Notes: a model not told the origin generated them from the sequence alone. A stretch of 64,000 bases of DNA from Candidatus Cloacimonadales bacterium (GCA_963662275.1 OY759316.1:2176001-2240000), one strand, 5' to 3'. Counted from the stretch's first letter, positions 51,196 through 62,878 are shown. Made by a program: numbers and translations.

Positions 51196-53775
51196 CTATT
51201 TTACCAGCATCATCTTCCTAGTTTGAACTCTTCCGTCGCTTACTAGCCTGCTGAAGTACAGACCGCTGCCGACCTTATTCTTATGAATATCTGTTCCATC
51301 CCAAGTACAGCTATGCGAACCTCTGGATAGTTCATCATTTATCAGTGTCTTCACCAATTGCCCCTTGATGTTATAAATGCAGAGATTTGCTCTATTGGTT
51401 GTTTTTAATGTAAAACTGATAGTTGTCGTTGGATTGAATGGATTGGGATAGTTCTGAAGACTAATATTCGATGCTGTAATTGGGTCTTGACTGGATACTG
51501 CATTTAAATTCAAATAAGGATAACCGTTACAAATTCCAGTAAGGTCAGCATGCCAGGTTGTATCAAAATCCCAACCAACATACGTATTCTCTGAATAGGG
51601 AAAGGTCATTTCATCTGTTGTTCTGCCTTCGCCACCTGCTGATACATTGATACCCGAGGTTTCAATATTCCAGTAACAGTTAGTAAATGTATTTATATAA
51701 TCATAATCATAGCCAACTAATCCTCCTGTAGCTGAGCTAGAAGGAAAGCCAGGAGTAGTACCAAGTGATCCGATAGAATAACAATCATGAAGACTACAGT
51801 TATCCCTTATTTCACCACCCAACCCCCCAGATTCATTATGACCTGTAATATTCGCTAAAGAATTACAATTAGTGATTGTTGTCTGGTTATTAATCAATCC
51901 AATTAATCCGCCAACACAGGTAAAACCATTTACGCTGCCAGTTGAACTGCAATTATTTACTCTCGAATACCAAATTTCACCTGCCAACCCACCTACCCAA
52001 TTGACACCATTTACATTCACATTCGTTAATATAACATTGTTGAGTTCTGCCATAGCAACCAAGTTGAATAACCCTAAACTACAGTTTATATTAGTGTTAT
52101 TCAAGTCAGGATTAATATATAAATTAGAAATAAAATATCCATTCCCATCATATGAACCGGTGAAATTATCTATAGGCAACCAACCATAGCCGGTATTATA
52201 TGGAATTACGTCCAGATTAATACTAGCTGTTTGCCGATAGTGTTTATCATTTACTTCCCGTATATGATTTAGCTGATCTGCTGTTGCAATCAGATATGGA
52301 CTCTCTAGTGTACCAACACCTCCATCAAAATAATTCAATCCATAGGAAACAGATACAGTCATACTAGGCAGCCAATCATCTTGAAAAGCTCTGGCTTTAA
52401 TAGTAACTGAATTCTCAATCTGAATTGGATCCATATAAATTGGTGAATCCATATCTGGATTTGTACCATCATTTGTATAATGGATTTCTGCATTTGGAGT
52501 TTCACAGTTAATAGTTAGTTGAAAAGATGAATCGTAATATCCAGCGGTATAAGAAAAAGTAGGGTTAGAAACTATATTTGGAGCGATTAAATCGATAAAA
52601 TATGGATAACCTTCATTTATATTACATTCAATATCTGAAGACCATATCGAAGTAAAATCCCAACCAACATAGGTATTTTCAGCATATGGGAAAGACATTT
52701 CGTCTGTAGTTCTCCCCTCTCCCCCAGAAGAAATTTCACTTCCTGAAGTTATCATATTCCAGTAACTTGCATCGACGCTAGTCTGTCCACTATTATAGAT
52801 CAAGCCACCTGCCCAATCATAAAAAGATATCAGTTGTCCAACAGAATAGCAATTGATAATGTTCCCTGAATTTACCTCTCCTATCAAACCACCACCCCAA
52901 TCACTTTCAACACTTCCTTTCGAATAACAATTACTGATCAAAGAAGTACCATAACTTCTACCAATTAGTCCCCCCATCTCTAAAGCTCCTCCTTCAATAT
53001 TGCCCGTTGCATAACACTGACTAATATCGGAATCATTATTAGATCCAACTAATCCACCCCCACCATCCATATAACAATGTACGATTGCAAGTGAATAACA
53101 ATCAGTTATATTTGTATTTTCGTTAGATCCAACCAATCCTCCAATTCCTGATGCTCCACTAACAGTTCCTATTGAATAACAATTATGGAGTTGGCTTCCA
53201 GACGTAGTTCGACCAACCAATCCCCCAGCACGGCAGCCTGCAATATGAATTAGCTGATCACTTGCGTATAGAGTTCCAGTTACGGAACATCCTATGATTG
53301 AAGTAGTTATGCAAATACCAACAAGACCACCTACATCACTTGCTCCAACCATATTAACGTTTTGTAAATGAATATTATTCAAGCTTGCACCATCAGTCAC
53401 TCCAAAAAGACCAGTCGGATAATCATCATAGTTTTCCAAATTGATAAATAAATTGGAAATACTATATTCACTACCATCATATGCTCCTGTAAAATAATGA
53501 ACAAATCCATTGTCATATGCTATCGGGTTGAATCCGGTACCCTGGTTGTAGGGTGCTAAATCCATATCTATATTTGCAATTTGTCTATAACATGAATTTG
53601 GATGCATTCTTATATTATCCAGATGAGTTGGAGTTGCTATCAGATAGGGATCATTTGCAGTTCCATTCCCTCCACCAAATTGGGCAAAGAGACTGGACAT
53701 GCTTAACAGAATTATACAAGTTAGTAATATGTCTCGGAAATCAGTCAACAGTGTCAGTTTCATCAGTTCCTCCAA
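51196..53775 (-). CDS. Secreted GLUG-repeat surface protein with Fn3-associated/CHB_HEX_C-like domain and FlgD/T9SS-A-like CTD
   Basis: Two FxGG.GT...PYLIAT modules with GGLVG repeats, IHYTNDGTNP, C-terminal NYPNPFNP. Confidence 0.8.
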   Translation of the reverse strand: MEELMKLTLLTDFRDILLTCIILLSMSSLFAQFGGGNGTANDPYLIATPTHLDNIRMHPNSCYRQIANIDMDLAPYNQGTGFNPIAYDNGFVHYFTGAYDGSEYSISNLFINLENYDDYPTGLFGVTDGASLNNIHLQNVNMVGASDVGGLVGICITTSIIGCSVTGTLYASDQLIHIAGCRAGGLVGRTTSGSQLHNCYSIGTVSGASGIGGLVGSNENTNITDCYSLAIVHCYMDGGGGLVGSNNDSDISQCYATGNIEGGALEMGGLIGRSYGTSLISNCYSKGSVESDWGGGLIGEVNSGNIINCYSVGQLISFYDWAGGLIYNSGQTSVDASYWNMITSGSEISSGGEGRTTDEMSFPYAENTYVGWDFTSIWSSDIECNINEGYPYFIDLIAPNIVSNPTFSYTAGYYDSSFQLTINCETPNAEIHYTNDGTNPDMDSPIYMDPIQIENSVTIKARAFQDDWLPSMTVSVSYGLNYFDGGVGTLESPYLIATADQLNHIREVNDKHYRQTASINLDVIPYNTGYGWLPIDNFTGSYDGNGYFISNLYINPDLNNTNINCSLGLFNLVAMAELNNVILTNVNVNGVNWVGGLAGEIWYSRVNNCSSTGSVNGFTCVGGLIGLINNQTTITNCNSLANITGHNESGGLGGEIRDNCSLHDCYSIGSLGTTPGFPSSSATGGLVGYDYDYINTFTNCYWNIETSGINVSAGGEGRTTDEMTFPYSENTYVGWDFDTTWHADLTGICNGYPYLNLNAVSSQDPITASNISLQNYPNPFNPTTTISFTLKTTNRANLCIYNIKGQLVKTLINDELSRGSHSCTWDGTDIHKNKVGSGLYFSRLVSDGRVQTRKMMLVK

Positions 53776-54197
53776 GAATCATCGTGCTATTCTAATACTA
53801 ATTACTATCATTTGATATTAATTTTTACGTATTCGATGTTTTCTTGTCAATAGTTTTTTTGCATGTGAGCTGAAAGTTAAAGAAGCCTTAAGAATTTCGA
53901 TAACAACCAGAAAGCGAGAAATATACGGTAGCTCACCCTTAAGTTTGGTGGTAATTACTTCAGGAGTTGTTTGCTGTGAAGATTCCTGAAGTAATCTCTA
54001 CGTTTCCTAAAGAAAACATTACTGTATTCTTAAATACTAGTCACGTAACCCAGGAAGGACTTACTGGGCTAGCAGAGTGACGTCCTGCGGACTGCATAGC
54101 AGGATAAATTGTATTCATATGTTTCGAGGTCGGTACGACCTCTCACAAAACAGACAAGACTATCTGAGACACGAGTCTAAAACCTCCTTCACTAACC

Positions 54198-56492
54198 TCA
54201 CTGGCTATCTGCAGCGATAATCCTATAAAAGAACCTGGATTCTGCTCTTCTTGTTAAAACAGCTTCCGGGGTCGTTGTCGCCATGATATAGTTTGAAGGT
54301 GAAGGTATGAAGTTCGGATTTATACTACCATAGACCCGATATGTGATTAAATTGACTTCAGGATATGAATTCCCTGCCCAGGTACCAGTAGCGATAGGAT
54401 TCCATTTCAATTTAAGCTGTGAAGGACTATAAGATTCAAGCGCAATACCCCTGGCTGCATCTGGAGGAATATTATCCACACTGTAGCCATATCTCGTTAT
54501 TGACTGGAATATACCTGTTGTATAATGAAAAATCACCATGACAGTAATTCCATGCGTACCCGTTGTGGAAGAATCCTGTGCAGTAGGAATGATTAAACCA
54601 TAATCAGTAAATGTCACGGCAGGAACTTGTCCTAAATAATACCATACACTTCGTCCATTTGTATAGTAGTAATCTGATATATTTTTTGATGGTTTGAATG
54701 TACTCATATTTGCAACTCGAGTTCCAGTGCTTGCTTTACTGGCTCCTTCTCTCCAGACAGAATAGAATATATTGGGAATGAAGGAAACATCGATATCAGA
54801 TCTTTTCCACCGTAAATCTAATTGATGCCCCTGGTCTGGAGTGACATCTGCTAAAAAAGAGATCATAGGACTGCACTGTCTAGCATAAATACCCATATCA
54901 CTTATGCTTCCATCCAAATCAAGAGTAACCGGACTGCCAGTATTTATGCAGGGAGAAGCGTTTTGCAATCTCCAATCTGCAATTAGTGCATTATAAGAAG
55001 TATTTAGTCCTGCTGTTGGAGAAACAAAAAGTGGATTTGCTGATAAATTTGAAAGGAAGTAAGATGAACTTATACCAGCTCCACCCACTCCGCTTGTACC
55101 GCCTTGTAAACAGGAATAACTGATAAAGATAGATGTGTTAGCGTGGTTATTAATGATTTGAGTCGCGCCATTAGCATAGATGATGGAACTATTGATATTG
55201 CAAGCAGAGACAATATCCATTACGACCGCAGTAGCCACATTGTTGACTATATCACAGTGATTGATGTACAGATTACTCCCGATGAGGTTAACTCCATTGT
55301 TGCTGTTGTTGGCGATTAAGCACCTATTCAATGTTGCACTCGGTACATTGGTCAGGCACAGAGCAGCTTCAAGCGTAGTGTTATTTGTTAAATTACAATC
55401 ATTCATTGTTATATTGCCAAGAGTAACATCAATTGTACTTGAAGTTGAGCTTTGATTGTATTTGAAATTGCATCTGTTAAATATGAAATTACTTGCATAA
55501 CTGTATATCGCTCCTCCATGAAAATCAGAAGTATTAATATCGAAAGTACAATTATTTACAACAATATCGCTATTTACGAGATGCATACAGCCTCCGTCAA
55601 CCCCAGAATCAATATTTGTATTAAAGGTGCTGTTACTGACCCTCAGTTTTGAGAAATGATCTGCATATATGCCACTTGATTTGCTCTTACCTATATTTGC
55701 ATAGTTTACGATAGATGAATCAGTTGCATCTGAATAGATAAAGTTTATGCCACCCCAGTAACTTGACATATTCACACTTAGGAAATTCACATGCTGGGTT
55801 TCTGTTCCATTGACAATCAATCTTCCAAGAACCAGGAGATTAGTTGTATCACCAAAGTAAAAACAACTCCCCGGGTCGATAGTCATCGTGTAACCATGTG
55901 GTACAACAATAGTCCCAACAGGATAATAGATATCTGGAGGCCATATTCCATAGCCAAGTGTATTTGCATAGGTTAAGAGGACATCATCTAAATACCAATA
56001 GTTCAAATCATTGTTATTACCGGTAAAAAAGAAAGCGATGTATGTATGTTCTGATATACCATTGGTATAAGGTATGCTAACGGTTTCTATGGAGGCAGGA
56101 ATACTGGAACTACCTGTAACCGACCACAGTGTTGTCCAGGATGTGAGGTTTGTAGAAATCTGAACACCGATAGTGTAGGTATTTGTTGTTGAATAGTCAT
56201 CTAGTAAATGCTTGAATGTTAGCGTCATGTCATGTACTTTTCTTGAATCGAAAACAGGAGATATCAATCGCGTTGTCCCTGTTGATGAAGGTGAAAAACC
56301 TAAATATGCTTCACCAAGAGTCCCCCCTGTATGCGTTGTACCTGCAATATGCCAGGCTGAGGTTTGAGTACCAGTGATAGTCCAACCTGCCGGGATGGCT
56401 GGATAAGATGAAAAGTTCTCTTGTATCAAATCAGCACTATAAAGAGATAAAGAAAAAGCAATAAATACAAATAGAATCAAATAGATCTTCAC
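54198..56492 (-). CDS. Secreted protein: jelly-roll/cleaved-adhesin-like N-terminal domain + right-handed beta-helix + Fn3-like C-terminal region
   Basis: Start likely the GTG at 56492 (GGAGG RBS); RLISP...WYLDDV; SPCINTG...SDMGIY; DNIPP; no FlgD CTD. Confidence 0.65.
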   Translation of the reverse strand: MKIYLILFVFIAFSLSLYSADLIQENFSSYPAIPAGWTITGTQTSAWHIAGTTHTGGTLGEAYLGFSPSSTGTTRLISPVFDSRKVHDMTLTFKHLLDDYSTTNTYTIGVQISTNLTSWTTLWSVTGSSSIPASIETVSIPYTNGISEHTYIAFFFTGNNNDLNYWYLDDVLLTYANTLGYGIWPPDIYYPVGTIVVPHGYTMTIDPGSCFYFGDTTNLLVLGRLIVNGTETQHVNFLSVNMSSYWGGINFIYSDATDSSIVNYANIGKSKSSGIYADHFSKLRVSNSTFNTNIDSGVDGGCMHLVNSDIVVNNCTFDINTSDFHGGAIYSYASNFIFNRCNFKYNQSSTSSTIDVTLGNITMNDCNLTNNTTLEAALCLTNVPSATLNRCLIANNSNNGVNLIGSNLYINHCDIVNNVATAVVMDIVSACNINSSIIYANGATQIINNHANTSIFISYSCLQGGTSGVGGAGISSSYFLSNLSANPLFVSPTAGLNTSYNALIADWRLQNASPCINTGSPVTLDLDGSISDMGIYARQCSPMISFLADVTPDQGHQLDLRWKRSDIDVSFIPNIFYSVWREGASKASTGTRVANMSTFKPSKNISDYYYTNGRSVWYYLGQVPAVTFTDYGLIIPTAQDSSTTGTHGITVMVIFHYTTGIFQSITRYGYSVDNIPPDAARGIALESYSPSQLKLKWNPIATGTWAGNSYPEVNLITYRVYGSINPNFIPSPSNYIMATTTPEAVLTRRAESRFFYRIIAADSQ

Positions 56493-56790
56493 TATGCCTC
56501 CAAAGATGTATTTTTTTACATGAATATTTGAGATAAGTAACTTCACTTTATAAGTATCTAATTTTTATATTGTTCATGTCAACAGATATTTCTAACCAAC
56601 TTATGTAAATTATCGAATTCTTATTCCACAACATAATTCAATAAGATCGGAATCTTATTCCACATTGCATTCCGTCCATCATAGCAATTTACGATTATTC
56701 ATATATGAAATAGCTTTTGACGGGAAATCAGGATTGGAATTATTGGGATTCAATTGATTTTGATAGTTACAGTCAGTAAAAATATAGGTT

Positions 56791-57432
56791 TTGGAGAAAA
56801 AAATGAAATTAAAAAGTACTATATTAACATTAATTATTACCTTGTCTATCTCATTGGCATTTAGTCAGGATATGACTAAAACAAATTCTACATCAGTTCA
56901 AAAAGAGGAGCAAGGTCTCAATCATCGTAATTCAATAGGAAGCACGCTATTCCTCATGGGTAATTTAGATTCGGGAAAGCCTGTGAATTTTCTTCAATTG
57001 AACTATGGATACAAGCTCACTGCCAAAGATAACATAGTAGTCGAAGCTATCACTTGGACATATTACGAACCCCTAGGGACATATAACGATTCCGATGAAT
57101 TTTATCCGGGTAAGATCAGAGCTTATGGTGTGGGTGTGGGTTATCAGAGATTCCATTGGAAGAACGCCTATACGACAGTTGAAGCGACCCCTTTCCTTCA
57201 GCAATTCTATAGTGAAGGAGACAAAAAAATACAGAAAGGTTTTCAATTATATCTTCAAGGTATCGCAGGTTACCGTTTTGAATTCTGTATAAAACGCCTG
57301 TTCGTAGAACCTGCTATTGCCATAAAATATTGGCCTGTGAACACCAATTTCCCTGACTCATTTGCAGCGATAGAAAGTGGAAAACCAAAATACAAATTTG
57401 AACCTGGGGCGAATTTTGGGTTTAAGTTCTAG
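56791..57432 (+). CDS. Small outer-membrane beta-barrel-like hypothetical protein
   Basis: Signal peptide, alternating aromatic strands, C-terminal GFKF. Confidence 0.55.
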   Translation: MEKKMKLKSTILTLIITLSISLAFSQDMTKTNSTSVQKEEQGLNHRNSIGSTLFLMGNLDSGKPVNFLQLNYGYKLTAKDNIVVEAITWTYYEPLGTYNDSDEFYPGKIRAYGVGVGYQRFHWKNAYTTVEATPFLQQFYSEGDKKIQKGFQLYLQGIAGYRFEFCIKRLFVEPAIAIKYWPVNTNFPDSFAAIESGKPKYKFEPGANFGFKF

Positions 57433-57492
57433 CTTGCTTCTTCCATCTTTTTCTTGACTTTGTTTTCAGTCCAATAATAGCTATCCAAATGA

Positions 57493-60400
57493 ATGGAGGC
57501 TAAGATGACAAAACATTGGATTTCCCTAATTATTATTCTTTTAACTGCATCGTTTCTGCTTTCTGCTCCAATATCGCCTGAAAAGTCTACTCTTGCGGCT
57601 AATCAGTGGATGAATTACAAAACGAAAGGCAACCATAACGGATATTATATCCATGATGTTTTGGAACAATCACTCGATGGACAGCTTTGCTTTTACGTTT
57701 TCAAAGTGAAATCCAGCATAGATAATAAAGACGGATTTATTCTTGTTTCCGCTGTAGATTCTTATAATCCTGTTATCGGTTATTCCTTCGATTCTCCATG
57801 GGATAATAATTATACTGATGAAGCAAGGAAACAATTCTTTGATAGTATGAAACACAGTGTGATTGAATCAGTAAATCGAAATACTCCAGACCCAGTCATT
57901 AATAATCAATGGCGTGATCTATTAGCTGGCCAGTTGAGTTCCTTCCGTGATGATCGGGATGTTGCTCCACTAGTAACGACCAGGTGGAATCAAAGCCCTC
58001 TTTACAATAACTTATGCCCAACCATCAATAACGCTCATTGTCCTGTCGGCTGTACCGCTGTTGCTATGGCACAAGTCATTCGATACCATGCCTATCCCCC
58101 ACAAGGGGCCGGAACTCATAGCTACACTTGGCATGATCAATTACTGACTGCGGATTATGGTTCAACTATTTATAATTGGTCGAATATGCCAACTAACCTG
58201 AATGGAGCCACCGCTGCCCAGATAAGTGCAACCAGTCAATTCCTGTATCAAGTGGGAGTATCCATCAATATGGATTATGGCACTGATGGTTCAGCATCAT
58301 GGTATTCAACAAATGCATTCACCAATTATTTTCTTTATCCCAATTCCATACAACTTGCTACCCGCGCAGGCATGGGTCTCCAAGCCTGGAAGAACCTTCT
58401 GCGTTTCGAGTTGGATAGAGGCAGACCTCTTCCCTATGGTAATGCCTATCATGCATTTGTCTGTGACGGATACCAGGGAACAGAGTTCTTTCATTTCAAT
58501 TTAGGTTGGGGTGGAGCAAATGATGGTTATTACCAGGTAACAGCCCTGACTGCCGGTGGTAATCAATTCTCATTTGGACAGGATGCCATCGTTGGTATTG
58601 AAAATCCTTCTTATTCATATCCAACTAACTTGCAGCAATCTATTTCCGGTGACAATATTCTTTTACAATGGACAGGTACACCAGATTTGCAATGCCTGGG
58701 ATATAAGGTCTATGTAGATGGCTTGTTTGTTGGACAGACTACAGGTGATACACAGTATTCATTACCTAATACAATACCTTCTGCCAGGAAAGCAATATTT
58801 GTCACTGCTTATTACCTAAATGGTGAATCTGTTGCTTCAAATATCGTCTTTGCAGATGCCATTGTATCTACCCGATTCCAAAGAATGAACAATCTTACGA
58901 TCAGTAATGATGGCGGTTGTTCAGAAGGCTCAGCCTGGATAGATATTGATAATGATAGTGATCTCGATCTGGTTGTCGCTAATTATTCTGAGCCAAACTT
59001 TCTCTACCGTAATGAAGGGAATGATGTTTTCACGAGGATTATGGACGGTTCTCTCGCCAATGATAACAGAACGACTGAAGGTCTGACCTGTGGTGATTTT
59101 GATAATGATGGCTTTGTTGATGTCCTAATGGCTACTTTAAGGGATAAGAACCTGTTATTCCATAATGGAGGTACCGGTAATTATTCTCTTGTACATAATA
59201 CACCAGTGGGTGCAGATGATACAAATTGCCGTGGTGCCTGTTTTGGAGATTATGATAATGATGGCTGGCTTGATCTCTTCTATGGTCCTAATTATCTCTT
59301 CCATAATGATAATGGCGTTTATACACGTGTCACTACAGGTCCTATCTATTTCAATACAGGCGATGCCAGTACAGCAACCTGGGGTGATGCAAATAATGAT
59401 GGATTACTAGACTTGCATGTTTTTGACAGTTCTTCAGGTATTCATCAACTATTTAGAAATACGGGCGGTGGACAATTCGTCGTCCATGCCGATGCAGCTT
59501 TCAATACTAACTATATCTATTCACGTGGTGCAAGCTGGGGAGATTATGATAATGACGGGTTTGATGATGCCGTCATAACACGATACGATGGACAGACAAA
59601 CGTTTTACTTCATAATAATGGCAATGGCTCATTCACTCGAATCACGACAGGTGCTATCGCCACTTCTACAGGAAATGGAAGAGGCAGTTCCTGGGCTGAT
59701 CTCGATAATGACGGTGATCTTGATTTAATCATCGTCAGTTTCGGTGAACCAAATCTCCTGTTTTATAATAATGGAAATGGTTCATTCACACGTGATACAA
59801 ATGACCTGGTCGTGCAGGATGGAGATATGTCCAGTACGGTTGCTGTAGCAGATTATAATCGTGATGGAAAGCTGGATGCCTTTATCACGAATGAATGCAC
59901 CAGTAATAACATGTTATACAAGAATACCGGTACTACAGGTAATTACCTGACAATCAAATGTACTGGTGTAATCTCTAATTCTCAAGCCATAGGAACAATC
60001 ATTCGGGTCAAAGCCAACATCAATGGTACACCTGTATGGCAGAAACGAACCGTATCCAGTCAAACAGGGCACGAGACAATGAATACCTTTGAACAACACT
60101 TTGGTTTAGCACAGGCTACTATTGCTGATTCGATCATTGTCACCTGGCCTAATGGCATCGACCAGATTATGGTAAACGTACCGGTAAATCAGTATCTAAC
60201 CATCACTGAATCCGGCAATCTATTGAATGCATCAATATCTGCAGATAATGTTAATATTAATGTCGGGACTGAGGTACAGTTTCATAGTATCGTCCAGTCT
60301 TATCCAAGCCCAGTTAATTCCTACCAGTGGTGTTTTGATTATCATGGCACGCCAACCCTTGATTCAACCGATCCTAATCCTACATGGACATATTCAACAC

Positions 60401-62148
60401 CCGGATATCACACTGTTCGACTAATCGTAGCAAATACTTCAATGACAACCACAGTACTCCAGGAAGAAATGATTTATACCAATTATTTCCAGGCTAGTAC
60501 CTCAACATCTATTTCTCAGGGTGCGAATTTCATGGGAGTTGCCTGTCCTGATTTGAATAATGACGGTTATCCTGACTTGTATTTCTCATGTGCAGCCAAT
60601 CAATTTAACCATACACTTTTGAACAATCGTGTCGGTGATTTCACCCAAGCATCTAATCTTGGAATCACATCGTACAATAACAATACAATCTCCTCTACCT
60701 GGGGTGATGCAAATAATGATGGTATAATCGATGGCTATGCTGCTGATCGAGGGACACAGGCAGATCAGTACTTCTTGGGAGTACCCGGATTCACATGGAT
60801 CACTGATCCAATCTCCGAGAATATCTTTCCATACCTGGAGAATTCAATGTCACCTTCCTTTGTGGACTTCAATAACGACGGTCTTCTAGACCTGTTTGTC
60901 GCTCTCGGGAATAGTTCAAGGCATAGATTATGGAAGAATGTGTCAACGCTTGAGGTTGCTTACGAAGAGATGACAGGCACTCCATTCGAATCCACTGGCA
61001 GTAATGCGAATTCAGCAATATGGGCAGATTTTAACAACGATGGCTACCAGGATTGTTTTATCGCAAATACTGGTTTGGATTTTCTTTATAAAAATCATGG
61101 AAACAGCTCATTTGAGCAAATCATCTCAGGTGAACTTGTTACACTCAATAGTAGTACTTATAGTGCATCAGCAGGTGATTTTGATCGTGATGGTGACCTG
61201 GATTTGTTTGTCACTAATTCGAACTGTCCAAATAGACTCTATCGTAATGATGGCAATTTCGTGTTTACTCCTTTAACCAATATAAGTTTCGGAGATCAGA
61301 CCTTACTTCCAAGAGGTTCAAGCTGGTTGGATTTCGATAATGATGGCTGGTTGGATTTGATTATTGCTAATAATAGTGGACCTATCCAAATTTATCGCAA
61401 TGAAGGAAATGGTCAATTCCGGTTCTATAATCGGGAAACCCTATCTCAAACCAATCATAATGCCAATGGAATAGCTGCTATTGATTTTGATAGAGATGGC
61501 AGCCTGGATTTTATCGGTATGCATAACAGCCCAATACTGTATCGCAATTCCAGTATATCAAACCATTGGTTCGAATTACATTTGGAAGGAATTACTTCTA
61601 ACCATTCTGCTATTGGCGCGAGAGTTGTCATTTCTTACCTGGAAAATGGTCAACGTATTCATCAGAGACAGGATGTTTTGGGTCAAACAGGTTATGCTTC
61701 ACAAAATCCACTTACATTGCATTTCGGGTTGGGTAGTGTTGGGATTATTGATACTCTTTTCATTTACTGGCCTTCAGGAACTATAACTCAAAAACTGAAT
61801 GTGGCTGCCAATCATTTCTTAGGACTCAGGGAGGATGGCACTGTTGCGAACTCCGACCAGGTAGTTGTTCCCACAAAGATGACATTAACGAACTTCCCGA
61901 ATCCTTTCAATCCTTCAACTACCATCGCATTTGAAATACCTGAAGCAAGTACATGTAATATAGAGATATTCAATGTACGCGGTCAGAAGATAGTATCTCA
62001 TGAATTAAATCTTTTACAGGCAGGTCATCATGAATGGCTGTGGAATGGCACTGACTCGCAAGGAAGATCAGTTACATCAGGTGTCTATTTCTGCAGACTG
62101 GTTGCTGGGAATAAGATGATAAATCGGAAGATAGTGATGGTGAAATAG
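57493..62148 (+). CDS. C10 (streptopain-family) peptidase fused to two FG-GAP/ASPIC-UnbV modules, a PKD domain and a FlgD/T9SS-A-like CTD
   Basis: Propeptide GFILVSA...PVIGYS; WNQ..YN, GCTAVAMAQ (Cys), HAFVCDGY (His), HFNLGWGG; many DxDNDGxxD repeats; two HFGL motifs; NFPNPFNP. Confidence 0.9.
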   Translation: MEAKMTKHWISLIIILLTASFLLSAPISPEKSTLAANQWMNYKTKGNHNGYYIHDVLEQSLDGQLCFYVFKVKSSIDNKDGFILVSAVDSYNPVIGYSFDSPWDNNYTDEARKQFFDSMKHSVIESVNRNTPDPVINNQWRDLLAGQLSSFRDDRDVAPLVTTRWNQSPLYNNLCPTINNAHCPVGCTAVAMAQVIRYHAYPPQGAGTHSYTWHDQLLTADYGSTIYNWSNMPTNLNGATAAQISATSQFLYQVGVSINMDYGTDGSASWYSTNAFTNYFLYPNSIQLATRAGMGLQAWKNLLRFELDRGRPLPYGNAYHAFVCDGYQGTEFFHFNLGWGGANDGYYQVTALTAGGNQFSFGQDAIVGIENPSYSYPTNLQQSISGDNILLQWTGTPDLQCLGYKVYVDGLFVGQTTGDTQYSLPNTIPSARKAIFVTAYYLNGESVASNIVFADAIVSTRFQRMNNLTISNDGGCSEGSAWIDIDNDSDLDLVVANYSEPNFLYRNEGNDVFTRIMDGSLANDNRTTEGLTCGDFDNDGFVDVLMATLRDKNLLFHNGGTGNYSLVHNTPVGADDTNCRGACFGDYDNDGWLDLFYGPNYLFHNDNGVYTRVTTGPIYFNTGDASTATWGDANNDGLLDLHVFDSSSGIHQLFRNTGGGQFVVHADAAFNTNYIYSRGASWGDYDNDGFDDAVITRYDGQTNVLLHNNGNGSFTRITTGAIATSTGNGRGSSWADLDNDGDLDLIIVSFGEPNLLFYNNGNGSFTRDTNDLVVQDGDMSSTVAVADYNRDGKLDAFITNECTSNNMLYKNTGTTGNYLTIKCTGVISNSQAIGTIIRVKANINGTPVWQKRTVSSQTGHETMNTFEQHFGLAQATIADSIIVTWPNGIDQIMVNVPVNQYLTITESGNLLNASISADNVNINVGTEVQFHSIVQSYPSPVNSYQWCFDYHGTPTLDSTDPNPTWTYSTPGYHTVRLIVANTSMTTTVLQEEMIYTNYFQASTSTSISQGANFMGVACPDLNNDGYPDLYFSCAANQFNHTLLNNRVGDFTQASNLGITSYNNNTISSTWGDANNDGIIDGYAADRGTQADQYFLGVPGFTWITDPISENIFPYLENSMSPSFVDFNNDGLLDLFVALGNSSRHRLWKNVSTLEVAYEEMTGTPFESTGSNANSAIWADFNNDGYQDCFIANTGLDFLYKNHGNSSFEQIISGELVTLNSSTYSASAGDFDRDGDLDLFVTNSNCPNRLYRNDGNFVFTPLTNISFGDQTLLPRGSSWLDFDNDGWLDLIIANNSGPIQIYRNEGNGQFRFYNRETLSQTNHNANGIAAIDFDRDGSLDFIGMHNSPILYRNSSISNHWFELHLEGITSNHSAIGARVVISYLENGQRIHQRQDVLGQTGYASQNPLTLHFGLGSVGIIDTLFIYWPSGTITQKLNVAANHFLGLREDGTVANSDQVVVPTKMTLTNFPNPFNPSTTIAFEIPEASTCNIEIFNVRGQKIVSHELNLLQAGHHEWLWNGTDSQGRSVTSGVYFCRLVAGNKMINRKIVMVK

Positions 62149-62184
62149 AGGTTGTAGGTTGTAGGTTGTAGGTTGTAGGTTGTA
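62148..62184 (+). repeat. 7-bp tandem repeat (aggttgt) x5
   Basis: Directly visible after the stop codon. Confidence 0.85.
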
Positions 62185-62327
62185 GCCCCCCTTGAGAAGG
62201 GGGGTGGTTACTGAGCGAAGTCGAAGTATAGGGGGGCAAAAGTGCATTGTTCACAAGTAACTGCAATTATAGTGCTGCTTTCTGCTCATGCTGAGTAAAA
62301 GAAAGGCACATGAACCCCTCCTCTATC

Positions 62328-62428
62328 ACCACCTAACTACCATCTAACAACCACCTAACCACCACCTAACCACCATCTAACCACCATCTAAAGTATTTTA
62401 GTTCCTGGTTAGTTCTTGGTTAGGTAGA
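62328..62428. repeat. 11-bp tandem repeats (accacctaacc) with degenerate inverted copies
   Basis: Six direct units, then ttagttcctggttagttcttggttaggt. Confidence 0.75.
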
Positions 62429-62551
62429 ATATAGTATAACTTTTCTTGGTCGTTTAGGAGCCATATATGTGCAGTATCAGTGTTTTCCTGTAACTTTTAA
62501 CCGTAAATTTTAATACTTCCATCTTCCATCTTCCATCTTACATTCTTCATT

Positions 62552-62730
62552 CCCATCGGGAAGAAAGATACTAACACTGGATTTCAATCTGGTGATTTAT
62601 CCTGAAATGCTGTACCATTCCCGTAGGGAAGAAACATATTAACACTGGATTTTAATCTGGTGATTTATCCTGAAATGCTGTACCATTCCCATAGGGAAGA
62701 AACATATTAACACTGGATTTTAATCCGGTG
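62552..62730 (+). repeat. REP-like family A, three 68-bp tandem units
   Basis: Units start at 62552, 62620 and 62688: ccc(a/g)t(c/a)gggaagaaa.ata.taacactggattt.aatc.ggtg. Confidence 0.9.
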
Positions 62731-62878
62731 ACAATAGCTCAAAGGAAGTCCAAATCCGTACCTGACTTTCCTATAAGCTACAAGCTATCAGCTATAAGCT
62801 AATATTTCCCTTGACTTCAATATATACCTTATCCATAAATTGTAATATTCACAATCACATTATCTTTGTGGAGGATTC

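Noticed and set aside
62552..62730. CRISPR array
   Set aside because: The 68-bp units have identical linkers and dispersed copies elsewhere; no cas genes.
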